DNA of 44,857 nt from Rhizomicrobium sp. (GTDB lineage Bacteria > Pseudomonadota > Alphaproteobacteria > Micropepsales > Micropepsaceae): assembly GCA_036398875.1 (NCBI GenBank), contig DASWOE010000217.1, positions 1 to 44,857 on the forward strand, in the 5' to 3' direction. Shown here piece after piece: positions 8,498 to 17,205 of this stretch. The translations under genes were made by a program, and so were the position numbers. Within the stretch, counting starts at the first letter, position 1, and each line of letters opens with the position of its first letter. Under the pieces are notes generated by a model. The model was not told the DNA's origin. It made no database searches and worked only from the letters and a program-made list of their open reading frames with translations.

Positions 8498-9418
8498 CTA
8501 GCCCAGCAGCCTCGTCATCTTCGCGCGCGTCTCTTCGGCATAGGCGTCGAGATCTTCCAGGCCCTGGTGGCCGGTGAGGAAGTCGTTCATCGGATTCCTG
8601 TTCTCGCCCAGCACCAGCCAGATCGGGCGCTTTGCCAGCGGCGCCGGCGCGCGCAGGCCCGAGCCGACCGCGTTGCCGATGCTGCGGTCGTAGAGATCTT
8701 CCGCGGAGATATAGTGGAAGGTCAGGCCGGCGCGCCGGTGGCTCGACGTGTTCGCCTCCGCGCCGTGCACGACGTAGAAATCGTGGATCGAGAACTGGCC
8801 GGGCGCGCGGATGGCCGGCACCGCCTTGCCGAGGTCGAGCAGATCGGGATCGGCTTCGAAGTTCAGCAGCGCGTCGGTCTGCGCGTGCTTGAGATGCGCC
8901 AGCGGCCCGTTGCGGCCCGAGCCTGCGATGAACTGCAGACAGCCATTGCCTCTGTCGATGCGATCGACGGCGATCCACACCATCAGGCTGGTGACGCGGT
9001 CGGCGCCCTTGCCGGACTTGATCGACGGGTTGTAGCAGTCCTGATGCCAGGGCGTGCCCTTGCCGACGCCCGGCGGCTTGGCGAACATCTCGCTGCCCCA
9101 CATGATCAGGTTGGGACCAAGGATCGAGGCCGCGGCGCCGAGCAGCACCGGATGGAACATGATCTTGAAGATTTCCTCGCCGCCGATCACGCCTTCCGGC
9201 AATCCGTCGCGCTTGGGCACATGCACCATGCGCAGCAGGTTCTCCCAATTGTCGTTGTCGCGCACGACGCGCTCGATCGACTCCTGCATATGCGCGACCG
9301 CGTCGGGCGGCAGGCCCGCCGACGGCAGGACGAAGCCCTCCTTGGCGAAATAGGCGAGTTCGCCCGACGACAATCCCTGCGCCGATTGCTCGACGTCCAC
9401 GTCCAACGACATTGGCAT
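8498..9418 (-). CDS. phytanoyl-CoA dioxygenase (PhyH) family Fe(II)/2-oxoglutarate dioxygenase
   Basis: FAKPPG..TPWHQD (HxD), WIAVD..NGCL, distal His in VVHGAEAN and the 2OG-binding Arg in SHRRAG. Confidence 0.9.
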   Translation of the reverse strand: MPMSLDVDVEQSAQGLSSGELAYFAKEGFVLPSAGLPPDAVAHMQESIERVVRDNDNWENLLRMVHVPKRDGLPEGVIGGEEIFKIMFHPVLLGAAASILGPNLIMWGSEMFAKPPGVGKGTPWHQDCYNPSIKSGKGADRVTSLMVWIAVDRIDRGNGCLQFIAGSGRNGPLAHLKHAQTDALLNFEADPDLLDLGKAVPAIRAPGQFSIHDFYVVHGAEANTSSHRRAGLTFHYISAEDLYDRSIGNAVGSGLRAPAPLAKRPIWLVLGENRNPMNDFLTGHQGLEDLDAYAEETRAKMTRLLG

Positions 9419-9434
9419 CTCCCTGTACGCTATC

Positions 9435-10253
9435 TCATTTCTTGACGCGTTTTTCGAGATAGGCTTCCATCATGCGGCGCGGCTCGCCGGTGGTGTGGGC
9501 GCGGCCGACCGCGCGAATGCCCTGCTGCACCGCGTCGGCGATCGACATCCGCTCCCAATCGCGGTTGAGCTCTTTCTGGATGCGGATCGCGATCGGCCCG
9601 GCGGCGAGGATGCTGGAGACCCAGCCCTCCGTCGCCTCGTCGAGCTTGTCCTGCGTCACCAGGCGCTCCACGAAGCCCCATTGATGCGCTTCCTGCGCGC
9701 TGATCATCTCGCCGGTGAACACCAGTTCCTGCGCCTTGCCCCAGCCGATCAGCCGGGGCAGGAGGCAGGCTTCCATGCCGGAGGGCAGGCCGTATTTGAC
9801 TTCCGGCATGCCGAACACCGCATTGTCGGAGGCGACGCGCATGTCGCAAGAGGCGGCGATCTCCATGCCGGCGCCCAGGCAATAGCCGTTGATCCGCGCG
9901 ATGACCGGAACCGGCACGCGGCGGATCGAATCGCCGGCCAGATGCGTGGTGCGGCTGCCTTCTTCCGCGGTCACCGGATCGGGGAACACCGACATCTCGT
10001 TGATGTTCGCGCCGCCGATGAACGCCTTGTCGCCGGCGCCGCTCAGCACCACGACGCGCAAATCGGGATCGTGGCCGATCGCCTTCATCGTGTTGGCGAG
10101 CGCCAGGCGCCCTTCGACCGGCAGGGCGTTGCGGCGGGCCTCGTTCGTCACGGTCACATAGGCGACATTGCCGGCGGCGCGCTTGTCGATGCGCGTCGAG
10201 ATCAGATCGGTCTGGGGCAGCGTGTGCCGGTCGCCCTTGATGTGGTGATTCAT
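9435..10253 (-). CDS. enoyl-CoA hydratase/isomerase
   Basis: AFIGGANI, PVIARINGYCLGAGME and FGMPEV; both catalytic Glu positions are present. Confidence 0.92.
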   Translation of the reverse strand: MNHHIKGDRHTLPQTDLISTRIDKRAAGNVAYVTVTNEARRNALPVEGRLALANTMKAIGHDPDLRVVVLSGAGDKAFIGGANINEMSVFPDPVTAEEGSRTTHLAGDSIRRVPVPVIARINGYCLGAGMEIAASCDMRVASDNAVFGMPEVKYGLPSGMEACLLPRLIGWGKAQELVFTGEMISAQEAHQWGFVERLVTQDKLDEATEGWVSSILAAGPIAIRIQKELNRDWERMSIADAVQQGIRAVGRAHTTGEPRRMMEAYLEKRVKK

Positions 10254-10265
10254 TGTAACCCCTGT

Positions 10266-11174
10266 TCAAACCGTCGCGGCGCGGAGCGCCTTGTGATGCC
10301 TGTCCTGCGAAAACCTTTGCGCGACCGCCGAGGCCAGATCTTCGATACGCGCGAAGACCATCGCCCCGGCGGCCTGCAGCGCTTCGGCCTTGGCCTCGAC
10401 GCTGCCTTGTCCGTCGCCCGCGAGCGCGCCGGCATGCCCCATCGTCACGCCCTCGCGCGCATTGCGGCCGGCGACGAGGGCGAAGACCGGCTTGGAGAAG
10501 CGGTCCTCGACGATCCGGCGCGCGAGGTCTTCTTCCTCGTTGCCGCCGACCTCGCCGACCACGACCAGACCGTCCGTGTCCTGATCGTCTTCGAAGACCG
10601 GCAGCAGGTCGGCGAAGCGCGTGCCCTTCACGGGATCGCCGCCGACGCCGACCCAGAGGCTTTGGCCCAGGCCGCGCGTCACCAGCCGGTGGCAGACTTC
10701 GTAGGAGAGCGTGCCGCTCTTGCTCATGACGCCGAGACGGCCGGGCGCGAGCGAGATGTCGGGCAGGAAGCCGAGCTTGATCCTGCCGGGGATGGCCAGG
10801 CCGGGCGTCGAGGGCCCGATCCAGCGCACGCCGGCCGCGCGCACCAGGGCGCGTGCCTTCAGCGCGTCGTGGATGGGCACGCCTTCGCTGATGGAGACGA
10901 TGAGGCGGATGCCGGCGCCGACCGCATCGCGGATGGATTCGAGCACCGCCAGAGGCGGCACGATGATGACGCTGGCCTCCGCGCCGGTGGCGGCGACCGC
11001 TTCGGCACAATTCCGGAAACACGGCACCGGCCCCGTCGCGTCGTCGCGCGGCGAGACGCCGGCGACGATGTCGGTGCCATAGTGCAGCATGCGCGCGGTC
11101 TGGGCGCGGCCGGCGCGGCCCGTCAGCCCCTGGACGAGGACCTTCATCTGCGGCGTGACGAGGGACGCGATCAT
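10266..11174 (-). CDS. succinyl-CoA synthetase alpha-like subunit (divergent paralog)
   Basis: VLVQGLTG, SKSGTLSYE, VGVGGDPVKG, GEVGG and the phospho-His motif MGHAGA; GPSTPG replaces the canonical GPNCPG. Confidence 0.88.
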   Translation of the reverse strand: MIASLVTPQMKVLVQGLTGRAGRAQTARMLHYGTDIVAGVSPRDDATGPVPCFRNCAEAVAATGAEASVIIVPPLAVLESIRDAVGAGIRLIVSISEGVPIHDALKARALVRAAGVRWIGPSTPGLAIPGRIKLGFLPDISLAPGRLGVMSKSGTLSYEVCHRLVTRGLGQSLWVGVGGDPVKGTRFADLLPVFEDDQDTDGLVVVGEVGGNEEEDLARRIVEDRFSKPVFALVAGRNAREGVTMGHAGALAGDGQGSVEAKAEALQAAGAMVFARIEDLASAVAQRFSQDRHHKALRAATV

Positions 11175-12310
11175 GGCGCCGGTCCGATCGCCGCCACGGC
11201 GCGCGCGATGGCGCGTTCCAGATCGGTCTCCACCGCGATCGGGCTGCCGGCGGCGGCGAGGATGGCCTGCGCCTCGGCAAGGCCGTTGCCGATGAGGCGG
11301 GCGGTGATGGGGCGGCCCTTCAGCTGCGGCACCTGGTCGAGCGCGGCGAGCAGCAGCTTGGCGAGTTCGCCCAGATCCGTCATGCCGGCGAAGAAATTCA
11401 TCAGCACGGAGCGGATGCGCGGCGCCGCCGCGATCCAGCGGAAGACCTCCACCAGCCGGCCGGGATCGCCCTTGAAGCCGCCGGTGCGGATGTCGCAGAA
11501 ATTGAACGGCCGGTGGCCGCGCGCGACCAGCTCGTCGATCAGCTGCAGGCTGAGGCCGGCGCCGGTGGTGACGAGGCCGATATCGCCGTCCGGATCGAGC
11601 ACGACGAAATCGAAGCCGCGGGCGAATTTCACCGCCGCCTCGGGATAGAGCCGGGCGTTGCCTTCGACGATCGCCCGCAGCGCGTCCTGGCGCGGCAGCG
11701 CGTTCTCATCGACGGCGAATTTCACGTCGCCCGCGACCCAGCTGCCATCGGCACGGACGAACAGGGGATTGATCTCGATCAGCAGCGCTTCGAAGGCGAA
11801 GAAGTTCCGCGCCATCGCCAGCGCGGCCTCGCGCATGGCGCCGCGCGCCGCAAGCGGCAGACGCGCCGCGAGTTCGGCGATCGCCGTTTCGACGCTCGCA
11901 AGATCGGGTCCCGCGACCTGCGACAATATCTTGCCGCGCAGGGCGGGATCTTCGATGTCCACGCCGCCTTCGGCCGACATCATCACTTTGACGCCGCCGG
12001 CATTCGCATCGACGATGAGGCTCAGATAGCATTCCTGCGCGAAGGCGATGGGGCGTTCGAGACGGCAGGCGCGCACGGGATGGCCCTTGATGGTCATCGC
12101 CATCACGCGGGCCAACGCCTCGCCCAGCGCGGCATCATCGGCGACGCGCAGAATGCCGCCGGCCTTGCCGCGCCCGCCGACCGGCACCTGGGCCTTGACC
12201 ATGAGCGGAAATCCGATGCGATGGCCGGGCGCCGTGGCCAGCACGCCTTCGGGCACCGGGAAGCCGACGCTTCCCAGCACGTCCTTGGCATGATGCTCCA
12301 GAAGCATCAT
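11171..12310 (-). CDS. succinyl-CoA synthetase beta-like ATP-grasp subunit (divergent paralog)
   Basis: MLLEHHAK, VKAQVPVGGRGKAGGI, SAEGGVDIE, EINPL, GAGL and NFCDI; ATGA overlap with the alpha subunit. Start placed at ATG 12310. Confidence 0.88.
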   Translation of the reverse strand: MMLLEHHAKDVLGSVGFPVPEGVLATAPGHRIGFPLMVKAQVPVGGRGKAGGILRVADDAALGEALARVMAMTIKGHPVRACRLERPIAFAQECYLSLIVDANAGGVKVMMSAEGGVDIEDPALRGKILSQVAGPDLASVETAIAELAARLPLAARGAMREAALAMARNFFAFEALLIEINPLFVRADGSWVAGDVKFAVDENALPRQDALRAIVEGNARLYPEAAVKFARGFDFVVLDPDGDIGLVTTGAGLSLQLIDELVARGHRPFNFCDIRTGGFKGDPGRLVEVFRWIAAAPRIRSVLMNFFAGMTDLGELAKLLLAALDQVPQLKGRPITARLIGNGLAEAQAILAAAGSPIAVETDLERAIARAVAAIGPAP

Positions 12311-12418
12311 CGCGACCTTCCCGATGGCGGCAACACGCGGATACGAGCTTTCCCGTCTATCGTCTGGCTGTCCACCATGGCGGCGTCCACCGTCCGTCAT
12401 ACTCTTTCAGCAGACCGA

Positions 12419-12462
12419 CCCCGCAACCGATTTTTGGTGATGTACAAATGACCGGAGGTCAT
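12419..12462 (-). promoter_or_regulatory. bipartite LysR-type operator, copy 1 (sucC-like operon / divergent SDR)
   Basis: Minus strand ATGACCTCCGGTCAT-ttgtacatc-ACCAAAAATCGGTTGCGGGG. Confidence 0.75.
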
Positions 12463-12508
12463 GTCGTTTTCCCTTGCAAAGAGCCGGCGAAATGCGGCTC
12501 TTTTGGCC

Positions 12509-13288
12509 ATGTCCCTCGCCGCAAAACGCCTGCAAGGCCGCAACGCGCTGATCACCGGCGGCGGCCATGGCATCGGCCGCGGCTGCGCGCTCCGGCTGGC
12601 GGAGGAAGGCGCCAATGTCGCCGTCATCGACCTGGACGGCGCCGCCGCGGAAGAGACCGGCGCGGCAGCCGGGCGGCATGAAAACAAGGTTTACGCGGCG
12701 GCGGGCGACTGCTGCGACGCCGATGCGGCGCGCGACTTCGTCGCCGAGGCCGAGCGGCGGATCGGACCGATCGACATCCTGATCAACAATGTCGGGCAGA
12801 GCGCGCGCGAGAAACAGGGACCGTTCCTCACCTCCGAAGAAGCGACCTGGCGTTTCGTGATGGAGGTCAATCTGTTCACCACGATGCGGTTCTCCCGCCT
12901 CGTCGCGCCGGGGATGAGCGCGCGCAAATACGGCCGCATCATCAACATGTCGTCCGAATCCGCCTTTGTCGGCGGCGCCGGCAGCCACGATTACGCGGCG
13001 GCCAAGATGGCGATCATCGGCTTCACGCGCGCGCTCGCGCGGCAATTGGCGGAGCACGCCATCACGGTGAACGCGATCTGTCCGGGCGTCACGCGCACGC
13101 GGGCGATCGAGAAGGCCGAGGCGAGCGGCCACCGCGAAGTGGTGGACAAGGCCAAGGCGGAAGTCCTGCTGGGCCGGATCGGCGAGCCGCAAGACGTCGC
13201 GGCGATGGCGGCGCTGCTCGCCAGCGAGGAAGGCCGGTTCATCACCGGCCAGTCCATCCTCGTCAATGGCGGCCGCTGGATGGTGTGA
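12509..13288 (+). CDS. short-chain dehydrogenase/reductase
   Basis: TGGGHGIG, NNVG, YAAAK catalytic motif and ITGQSILVNGG. Start placed at ATG 12509. Confidence 0.93.
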   Translation: MSLAAKRLQGRNALITGGGHGIGRGCALRLAEEGANVAVIDLDGAAAEETGAAAGRHENKVYAAAGDCCDADAARDFVAEAERRIGPIDILINNVGQSAREKQGPFLTSEEATWRFVMEVNLFTTMRFSRLVAPGMSARKYGRIINMSSESAFVGGAGSHDYAAAKMAIIGFTRALARQLAEHAITVNAICPGVTRTRAIEKAEASGHREVVDKAKAEVLLGRIGEPQDVAAMAALLASEEGRFITGQSILVNGGRWMV

Positions 13289-14210
13289 GCCGCGCGGCAA
13301 GGAAGCCCGCGGCATCGGACGCCGCCTCGCGCGCCAGCGCGACGTCGCGCGTCATCTGCAGGAAGCCGTGACTGGCGCCCGGCCAGGATATGAGCGTGTG
13401 CGGGACAGCGGCGGCGGCAAGGTTGCGCGCCAGCAGCCGGGTGTCGTCCGCGATGGGATCGCGCTCCGCGAGGCACAGATAGGTCGGCGGCAGACCGTGC
13501 AGATCGCCGCCAAGCGGCGCCGACAAAGGCGGCGGCGCGGCGAGATCGGCGACATAATTCCGCCAATACCAGCGCATGCGCTCGGTCGTCAGGCCGAAGC
13601 GGCCATCGCCATTGGCCTTGTGGCTTTCGGTGTCGAACCGCGGCGCAAAGCAGCCATAGAACAGCGCGAGCGCGCCGGGCAGGACACCGCCCGCGTCGCG
13701 CTCCGACAGGCAGAGCGCCAGCGCGATATTGGCGCCGGCGCTGTCGCCGGCCACGGCAATGTTCGCGGGATCGAGGCCGAGCGCAGCCGGCACGGCGCGC
13801 CAAGCGGCGCGCGCGTCGTCCAGGCCGGCGGGAAAGGGATGCTCGGGCGCGAGCCGGTAGTCGATGCCGATGACGGCCAGGCCGCTCTCGCGCGCCAGCA
13901 CGCGCATCAGCCGGTCATGCGTATCGACATTGCAGTGAAACCATCCGCCGCCGTGCAGATAGAAGACCGCGCCCGGCGGCCGGGCCTGCGGCTCGTACAG
14001 CCGCGCGCGCAGGGGACCGTCGCCGCCGGGAAGTTCGATATCCGCGACGCGTGCGATCTCCGGCTGGCCGTCGTGGAAAAACAGCGCCGCCTTGTTGGCG
14101 AAGTCCCGACCTTCGGCCGGCGGCAATCTGGTGACATCGACGGCGGCCATCGACGCGGCCTGGCGGCGGCGCGCCGCGACGATCTGCGGGTCGAGCGGTT
14201 CCATCGGCAT
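13263..14210 (-). CDS. alpha/beta hydrolase, HSL/GDXG esterase family
   Basis: HGGGW oxyanion motif, DYRLAPEHPFPA, GDSAG nucleophile, DPIADD and HGF. Confidence 0.93.
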   Translation of the reverse strand: MPMEPLDPQIVAARRRQAASMAAVDVTRLPPAEGRDFANKAALFFHDGQPEIARVADIELPGGDGPLRARLYEPQARPPGAVFYLHGGGWFHCNVDTHDRLMRVLARESGLAVIGIDYRLAPEHPFPAGLDDARAAWRAVPAALGLDPANIAVAGDSAGANIALALCLSERDAGGVLPGALALFYGCFAPRFDTESHKANGDGRFGLTTERMRWYWRNYVADLAAPPPLSAPLGGDLHGLPPTYLCLAERDPIADDTRLLARNLAAAAVPHTLISWPGASHGFLQMTRDVALAREAASDAAGFLAARLTPSSGRH

Positions 14211-14245
14211 CCGCGTTCTTATCGCCTGGCGCGCGCCCGCGAAAG

Positions 14246-14289
14246 ATCATCTCTGGTCATGGGCGCATCAGAAAAATTGAGGCGGCGGA
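14246..14289 (+). promoter_or_regulatory. bipartite LysR-type operator, copy 2 (SDR 14316), degenerate
   Basis: ATCATCTCTGGTCAT-gggcgcatc-AGAAAAATTGAGGCGGCGGA; one mismatch in the palindrome. Confidence 0.55.
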
Positions 14290-14315
14290 TCGACGGTTTT
14301 GGCGAGAATGCCGCG

Positions 14316-15068
14316 ATGGTCGATTTCAGCGGGCGCAAGGCGATCGTGACGGGCGGGAGCCGCGGCATCGGCCGCGCCATCGCGCGCAGATTCCTGGATG
14401 CCGGCGCCCGCGTCGCGGTGTGCGGGCGAAGCCTCGAAGCGCTGGACCGCTTTCGCGCGGAAAGCGGCGATGACGGCCGGCTGTTCGCGGCGCGGTGCGA
14501 TGTCTCGGACGGCGCCGCCATCGAAGGTTTCGTCGCGGCCGCGGCGGAATTTCTCGGCGGCATCGATATCCTGGTCAACAACGTCTCGGCCTTTGCGCGC
14601 GCCGACACGGAGGATGACTGGCTGGCCGCGTTCTCCACCGACCTCATGGGCACGATCCGCGCCAGCCGCGCCGCACTCTCCTGGCTCGAACGGGCCGAAG
14701 GCGCGGCGATCGTCAACATCACATCGATTGCAGGCACCCGCCCGTCTCTGGTTGCCCCCTGCTATGGCGCGATGAAGGCGGCGCTGATCCACTATACGAC
14801 CAGCCAGGCGGCGCAGCTCGCCAGGCGCGGAATACGGGTGAATTCGGTCGCGCCCGGTTCGATCACCGCGCCGGGCCATTTCTGGGAAGAGCGCAAGAGG
14901 CGCAACGATCCCGCTTTCGCGAAAGCCATTGCAACCATACCGGCGGGACGGCTCGGCGAAGCGGACGAACTGGCCGATGTGGTGCTGTTCTTCGCGTCGC
15001 CCGCGGCGCGATGGGTCTATGGCCAGACGCTGATCGTCGATGGCGGCCAGACCTTGTTCGGCGGATGA
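14316..15068 (+). CDS. short-chain dehydrogenase/reductase
   Basis: TGGSRGIG, LVNNV, YGAMK, RVNSVAPG and GQTLIVDGG. The true start ATG 14316 lies inside the longer track ORF 13266..15068. Confidence 0.92.
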   Translation: MVDFSGRKAIVTGGSRGIGRAIARRFLDAGARVAVCGRSLEALDRFRAESGDDGRLFAARCDVSDGAAIEGFVAAAAEFLGGIDILVNNVSAFARADTEDDWLAAFSTDLMGTIRASRAALSWLERAEGAAIVNITSIAGTRPSLVAPCYGAMKAALIHYTTSQAAQLARRGIRVNSVAPGSITAPGHFWEERKRRNDPAFAKAIATIPAGRLGEADELADVVLFFASPAARWVYGQTLIVDGGQTLFGG

Positions 15069-15075
15069 TCCGGGC

Positions 15076-15561
15076 TCAGCGCGCAAGGCCGGTATAGGCG
15101 CCATCGACATAGACCAGCGGTGCGATGCGGCCGGCGATCCGCACCGTCTTCACCTTGCCGAAGAACACGTCATGCGAGCCATAGGCCATGCGGCCGTCCT
15201 GCATGCAGGTCACGCTGGCCTGGGCGTCGGGCAGATAGGGCACGCCGTCCGCGTCCATGTCGAAGATGCCGCTTTCGAACCGCGCCTCGCCCTTCACGGG
15301 GCCGCTGCAGAGCCGCGCGACATGTTCATGATGCTGGCCCAGCAGGTTGACGCAAAAGTCCGCCCCCTGGCGCAGGATCGAATAGGCCGTGGCGGTGCGG
15401 TTGATGCAGAACAGCATCGAGGGCGGCTCCATGCTGAGCGGCGTGACCGCGGTCGCGGCCATCGCATGGCGCTCCCTGCCCAGCGCCGTCGTGATCACCG
15501 CGACGGAGGTCGCCAGGCCGCGCATGGCAAGCTTGAGCCGGTCTTCCAGGGGTTCGTCCAT
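15076..15561 (-). CDS. flavin reductase (HpaC/RutF-like)
   Basis: AMRGLATSVAVITT, SMEPPSMLFC, FCVNLL, GSHDVFFG and PLVY. Start placed at ATG 15561. Confidence 0.92.
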   Translation of the reverse strand: MDEPLEDRLKLAMRGLATSVAVITTALGRERHAMAATAVTPLSMEPPSMLFCINRTATAYSILRQGADFCVNLLGQHHEHVARLCSGPVKGEARFESGIFDMDADGVPYLPDAQASVTCMQDGRMAYGSHDVFFGKVKTVRIAGRIAPLVYVDGAYTGLAR

Positions 15562-15587
15562 GGCGACATGTTGAAGCCGGCCGGCGC

Positions 15588-15631
15588 GGCAACAAGCCAT
15601 TTTTGGGCATGGCGCAATGAGCGGCTTGCAT
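15588..15631 (-). promoter_or_regulatory. bipartite LysR-type operator, copy 3 (flavin reductase)
   Basis: Minus strand ATGCAAGCCGCTCAT-tgcgccatg-CCCAAAAATGGCTTGTTGCC. Confidence 0.7.
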
Positions 15632-15640
15632 CCCGCGCGC

Positions 15641-15684
15641 ATGAGCGCGCTTCATTCCGCCCGGACAAAAAATGATCGCCCGGG
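15641..15684 (+). promoter_or_regulatory. bipartite LysR-type operator, copy 4 (ALDH-ADH operon)
   Basis: ATGAGCGCGCTTCAT-tccgcccgg-ACAAAAAATGATCGCCCGGG, back-to-back with copy 3. Confidence 0.68.
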
Positions 15685-15762
15685 CGGTGGCGGCGCGGCG
15701 TGCCGCCCCGCGCCGCGCCGTGTTAGTGTGAGGCCGGTTCAGGGTGTGAAAACGAAAACAGG

Positions 15763-17187
15763 ATGGCCTATCCGAACATCGAGCTGCTGATCGACGGCGT
15801 GTGGCGTGGCTCGCGGCGGACCACAGAGATTCTCAATCCGTCCGACGAGTCGATCCTGGGCGATCTGCCCCATGCCGGCACGACGGAGCTGGACGAGGCG
15901 CTGGCCGCCGCCGAGCGCGGCTTCGCGCTGTGGCGGCGGATCGCGCCGATCCAGCGCGAGAAGATCATGCTCGACGCCGCGCGGCTGCTGCGCGAACGCG
16001 CCGGGACGATCGCGCCCGACATCGCGCGCGACCAGGGCAAGCCCATCGCCCAGGCCCGCGCCGAGGTGATCGTCGCGGCCGAACGCATCGAATGGGATGC
16101 GAGCGAGGGGCGCCGGCTCTATGGACGCATCGTTCCGGCAGAACCCGGCATGCGCCATCTGGTGCTGCGCGAGCCGTTGGGCGTCGTGGCCGCGTTCACG
16201 CCGTGGAACTATCCCATCGCCTCGCCGACGCGCAAAGTCGCCGGCGCGCTGGCCGCGGGCTGTTCGATCATCCTGAAGGGCGCCGAGGAGACGCCGTCGG
16301 GCGCAATGCATCTGGTGCGCGCCTTCCACGACGCGGGCGTGCCCAACGGCGCGGTCAATCTGGTGTTCGGCAATCCGGCGGAGATTTCGGCTTATCTCAT
16401 TGCCAAGCCGTCCGTGCGGCTCGTCACCTTCACCGGCTCGGTGCCGGTCGGCAAGCATCTGGCCGCGCTGGCCGGACAGCATATGAAGCCGGCGATCATG
16501 GAACTGGGCGGCAGCTCTCCGGTGATCGTGTGCGACGACGCCGATCCGCTCGCGGTCGCGGCGCTGTCGGTGACCGGCAAGGCGCGCAATTCCGGACAGG
16601 TCTGCGTTTCGCCCACGCGCTTCTTCGTGCAGGAGCGCATCTTCGACAGTTTCGTCGGCGCGTTTGCGAAGGGCGCCCGCGAGGTGATCTGCGGCGACGT
16701 GCTGGATGCCAAGACCGAGATGGGGCCGCTGGCGAATGTCCGCCGCCTCGAGGCCGTCGCCGCGCTGGTGGAGGACGGCGTCGCGCGCGGCGCGAAGCTT
16801 CTGGCCGGCGGGGCGCGCCTGGGCAATCGCGGCTATTTCTATCCGATGACGGTGCTCGCCGACGTGCCGGACGACGCGCGGCTGATGCGCGAGGAGCCGT
16901 TCGGGCCGATCGCGATCGTGAACCGCATCGCAAGCGTCGAGGCCGCCATCGCCAAGGCCAACGACACGCAATTCGCGCTGTCGGCCTATGCTTTCACGCA
17001 GTCGGCCCGCAACGTCGCCGCGCTGATGGACGGCGTCGAATGCGGCAGCCTGTCGATCAACCATTACCGCGCCTCCTTCGCCGAAGCGCCGTTCGGCGGC
17101 ACGAAAGACAGCGGCTATGGCCGCGAGGGCGGCAGCGAGGGCCTGGAGTGCTATACCTATACGCGGCACGTCTCGCACAAGATCTGA
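15763..17187 (+). CDS. NAD(P)-dependent semialdehyde dehydrogenase (succinate / alpha-ketoglutaric semialdehyde dehydrogenase-like)
   Basis: FTPWNYP, FTGS, MELGG, catalytic Cys in SGQVCVSP, EPFGP and PFGGTKDSGYGREGG. From recall it resembles the KGSADH-I/GabD group. Confidence 0.9.
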   Translation: MAYPNIELLIDGVWRGSRRTTEILNPSDESILGDLPHAGTTELDEALAAAERGFALWRRIAPIQREKIMLDAARLLRERAGTIAPDIARDQGKPIAQARAEVIVAAERIEWDASEGRRLYGRIVPAEPGMRHLVLREPLGVVAAFTPWNYPIASPTRKVAGALAAGCSIILKGAEETPSGAMHLVRAFHDAGVPNGAVNLVFGNPAEISAYLIAKPSVRLVTFTGSVPVGKHLAALAGQHMKPAIMELGGSSPVIVCDDADPLAVAALSVTGKARNSGQVCVSPTRFFVQERIFDSFVGAFAKGAREVICGDVLDAKTEMGPLANVRRLEAVAALVEDGVARGAKLLAGGARLGNRGYFYPMTVLADVPDDARLMREEPFGPIAIVNRIASVEAAIAKANDTQFALSAYAFTQSARNVAALMDGVECGSLSINHYRASFAEAPFGGTKDSGYGREGGSEGLECYTYTRHVSHKI

Positions 17188-17205
17188 CCGCGACGGGAGA
17201 ACGCC

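Noticed and set aside
10266-12310. Naming these genes sucD/sucC
   Set aside because: Divergent motifs and non-TCA context; the substrate is uncertain, so no symbol is given.
15691-15720. 10-bp inverted repeat CGGCGCGGCG / CGCCGCGCCG before the ALDH gene
   Set aside because: Pure G/C low-complexity sequence with no U-tract; likely by chance at this GC content.
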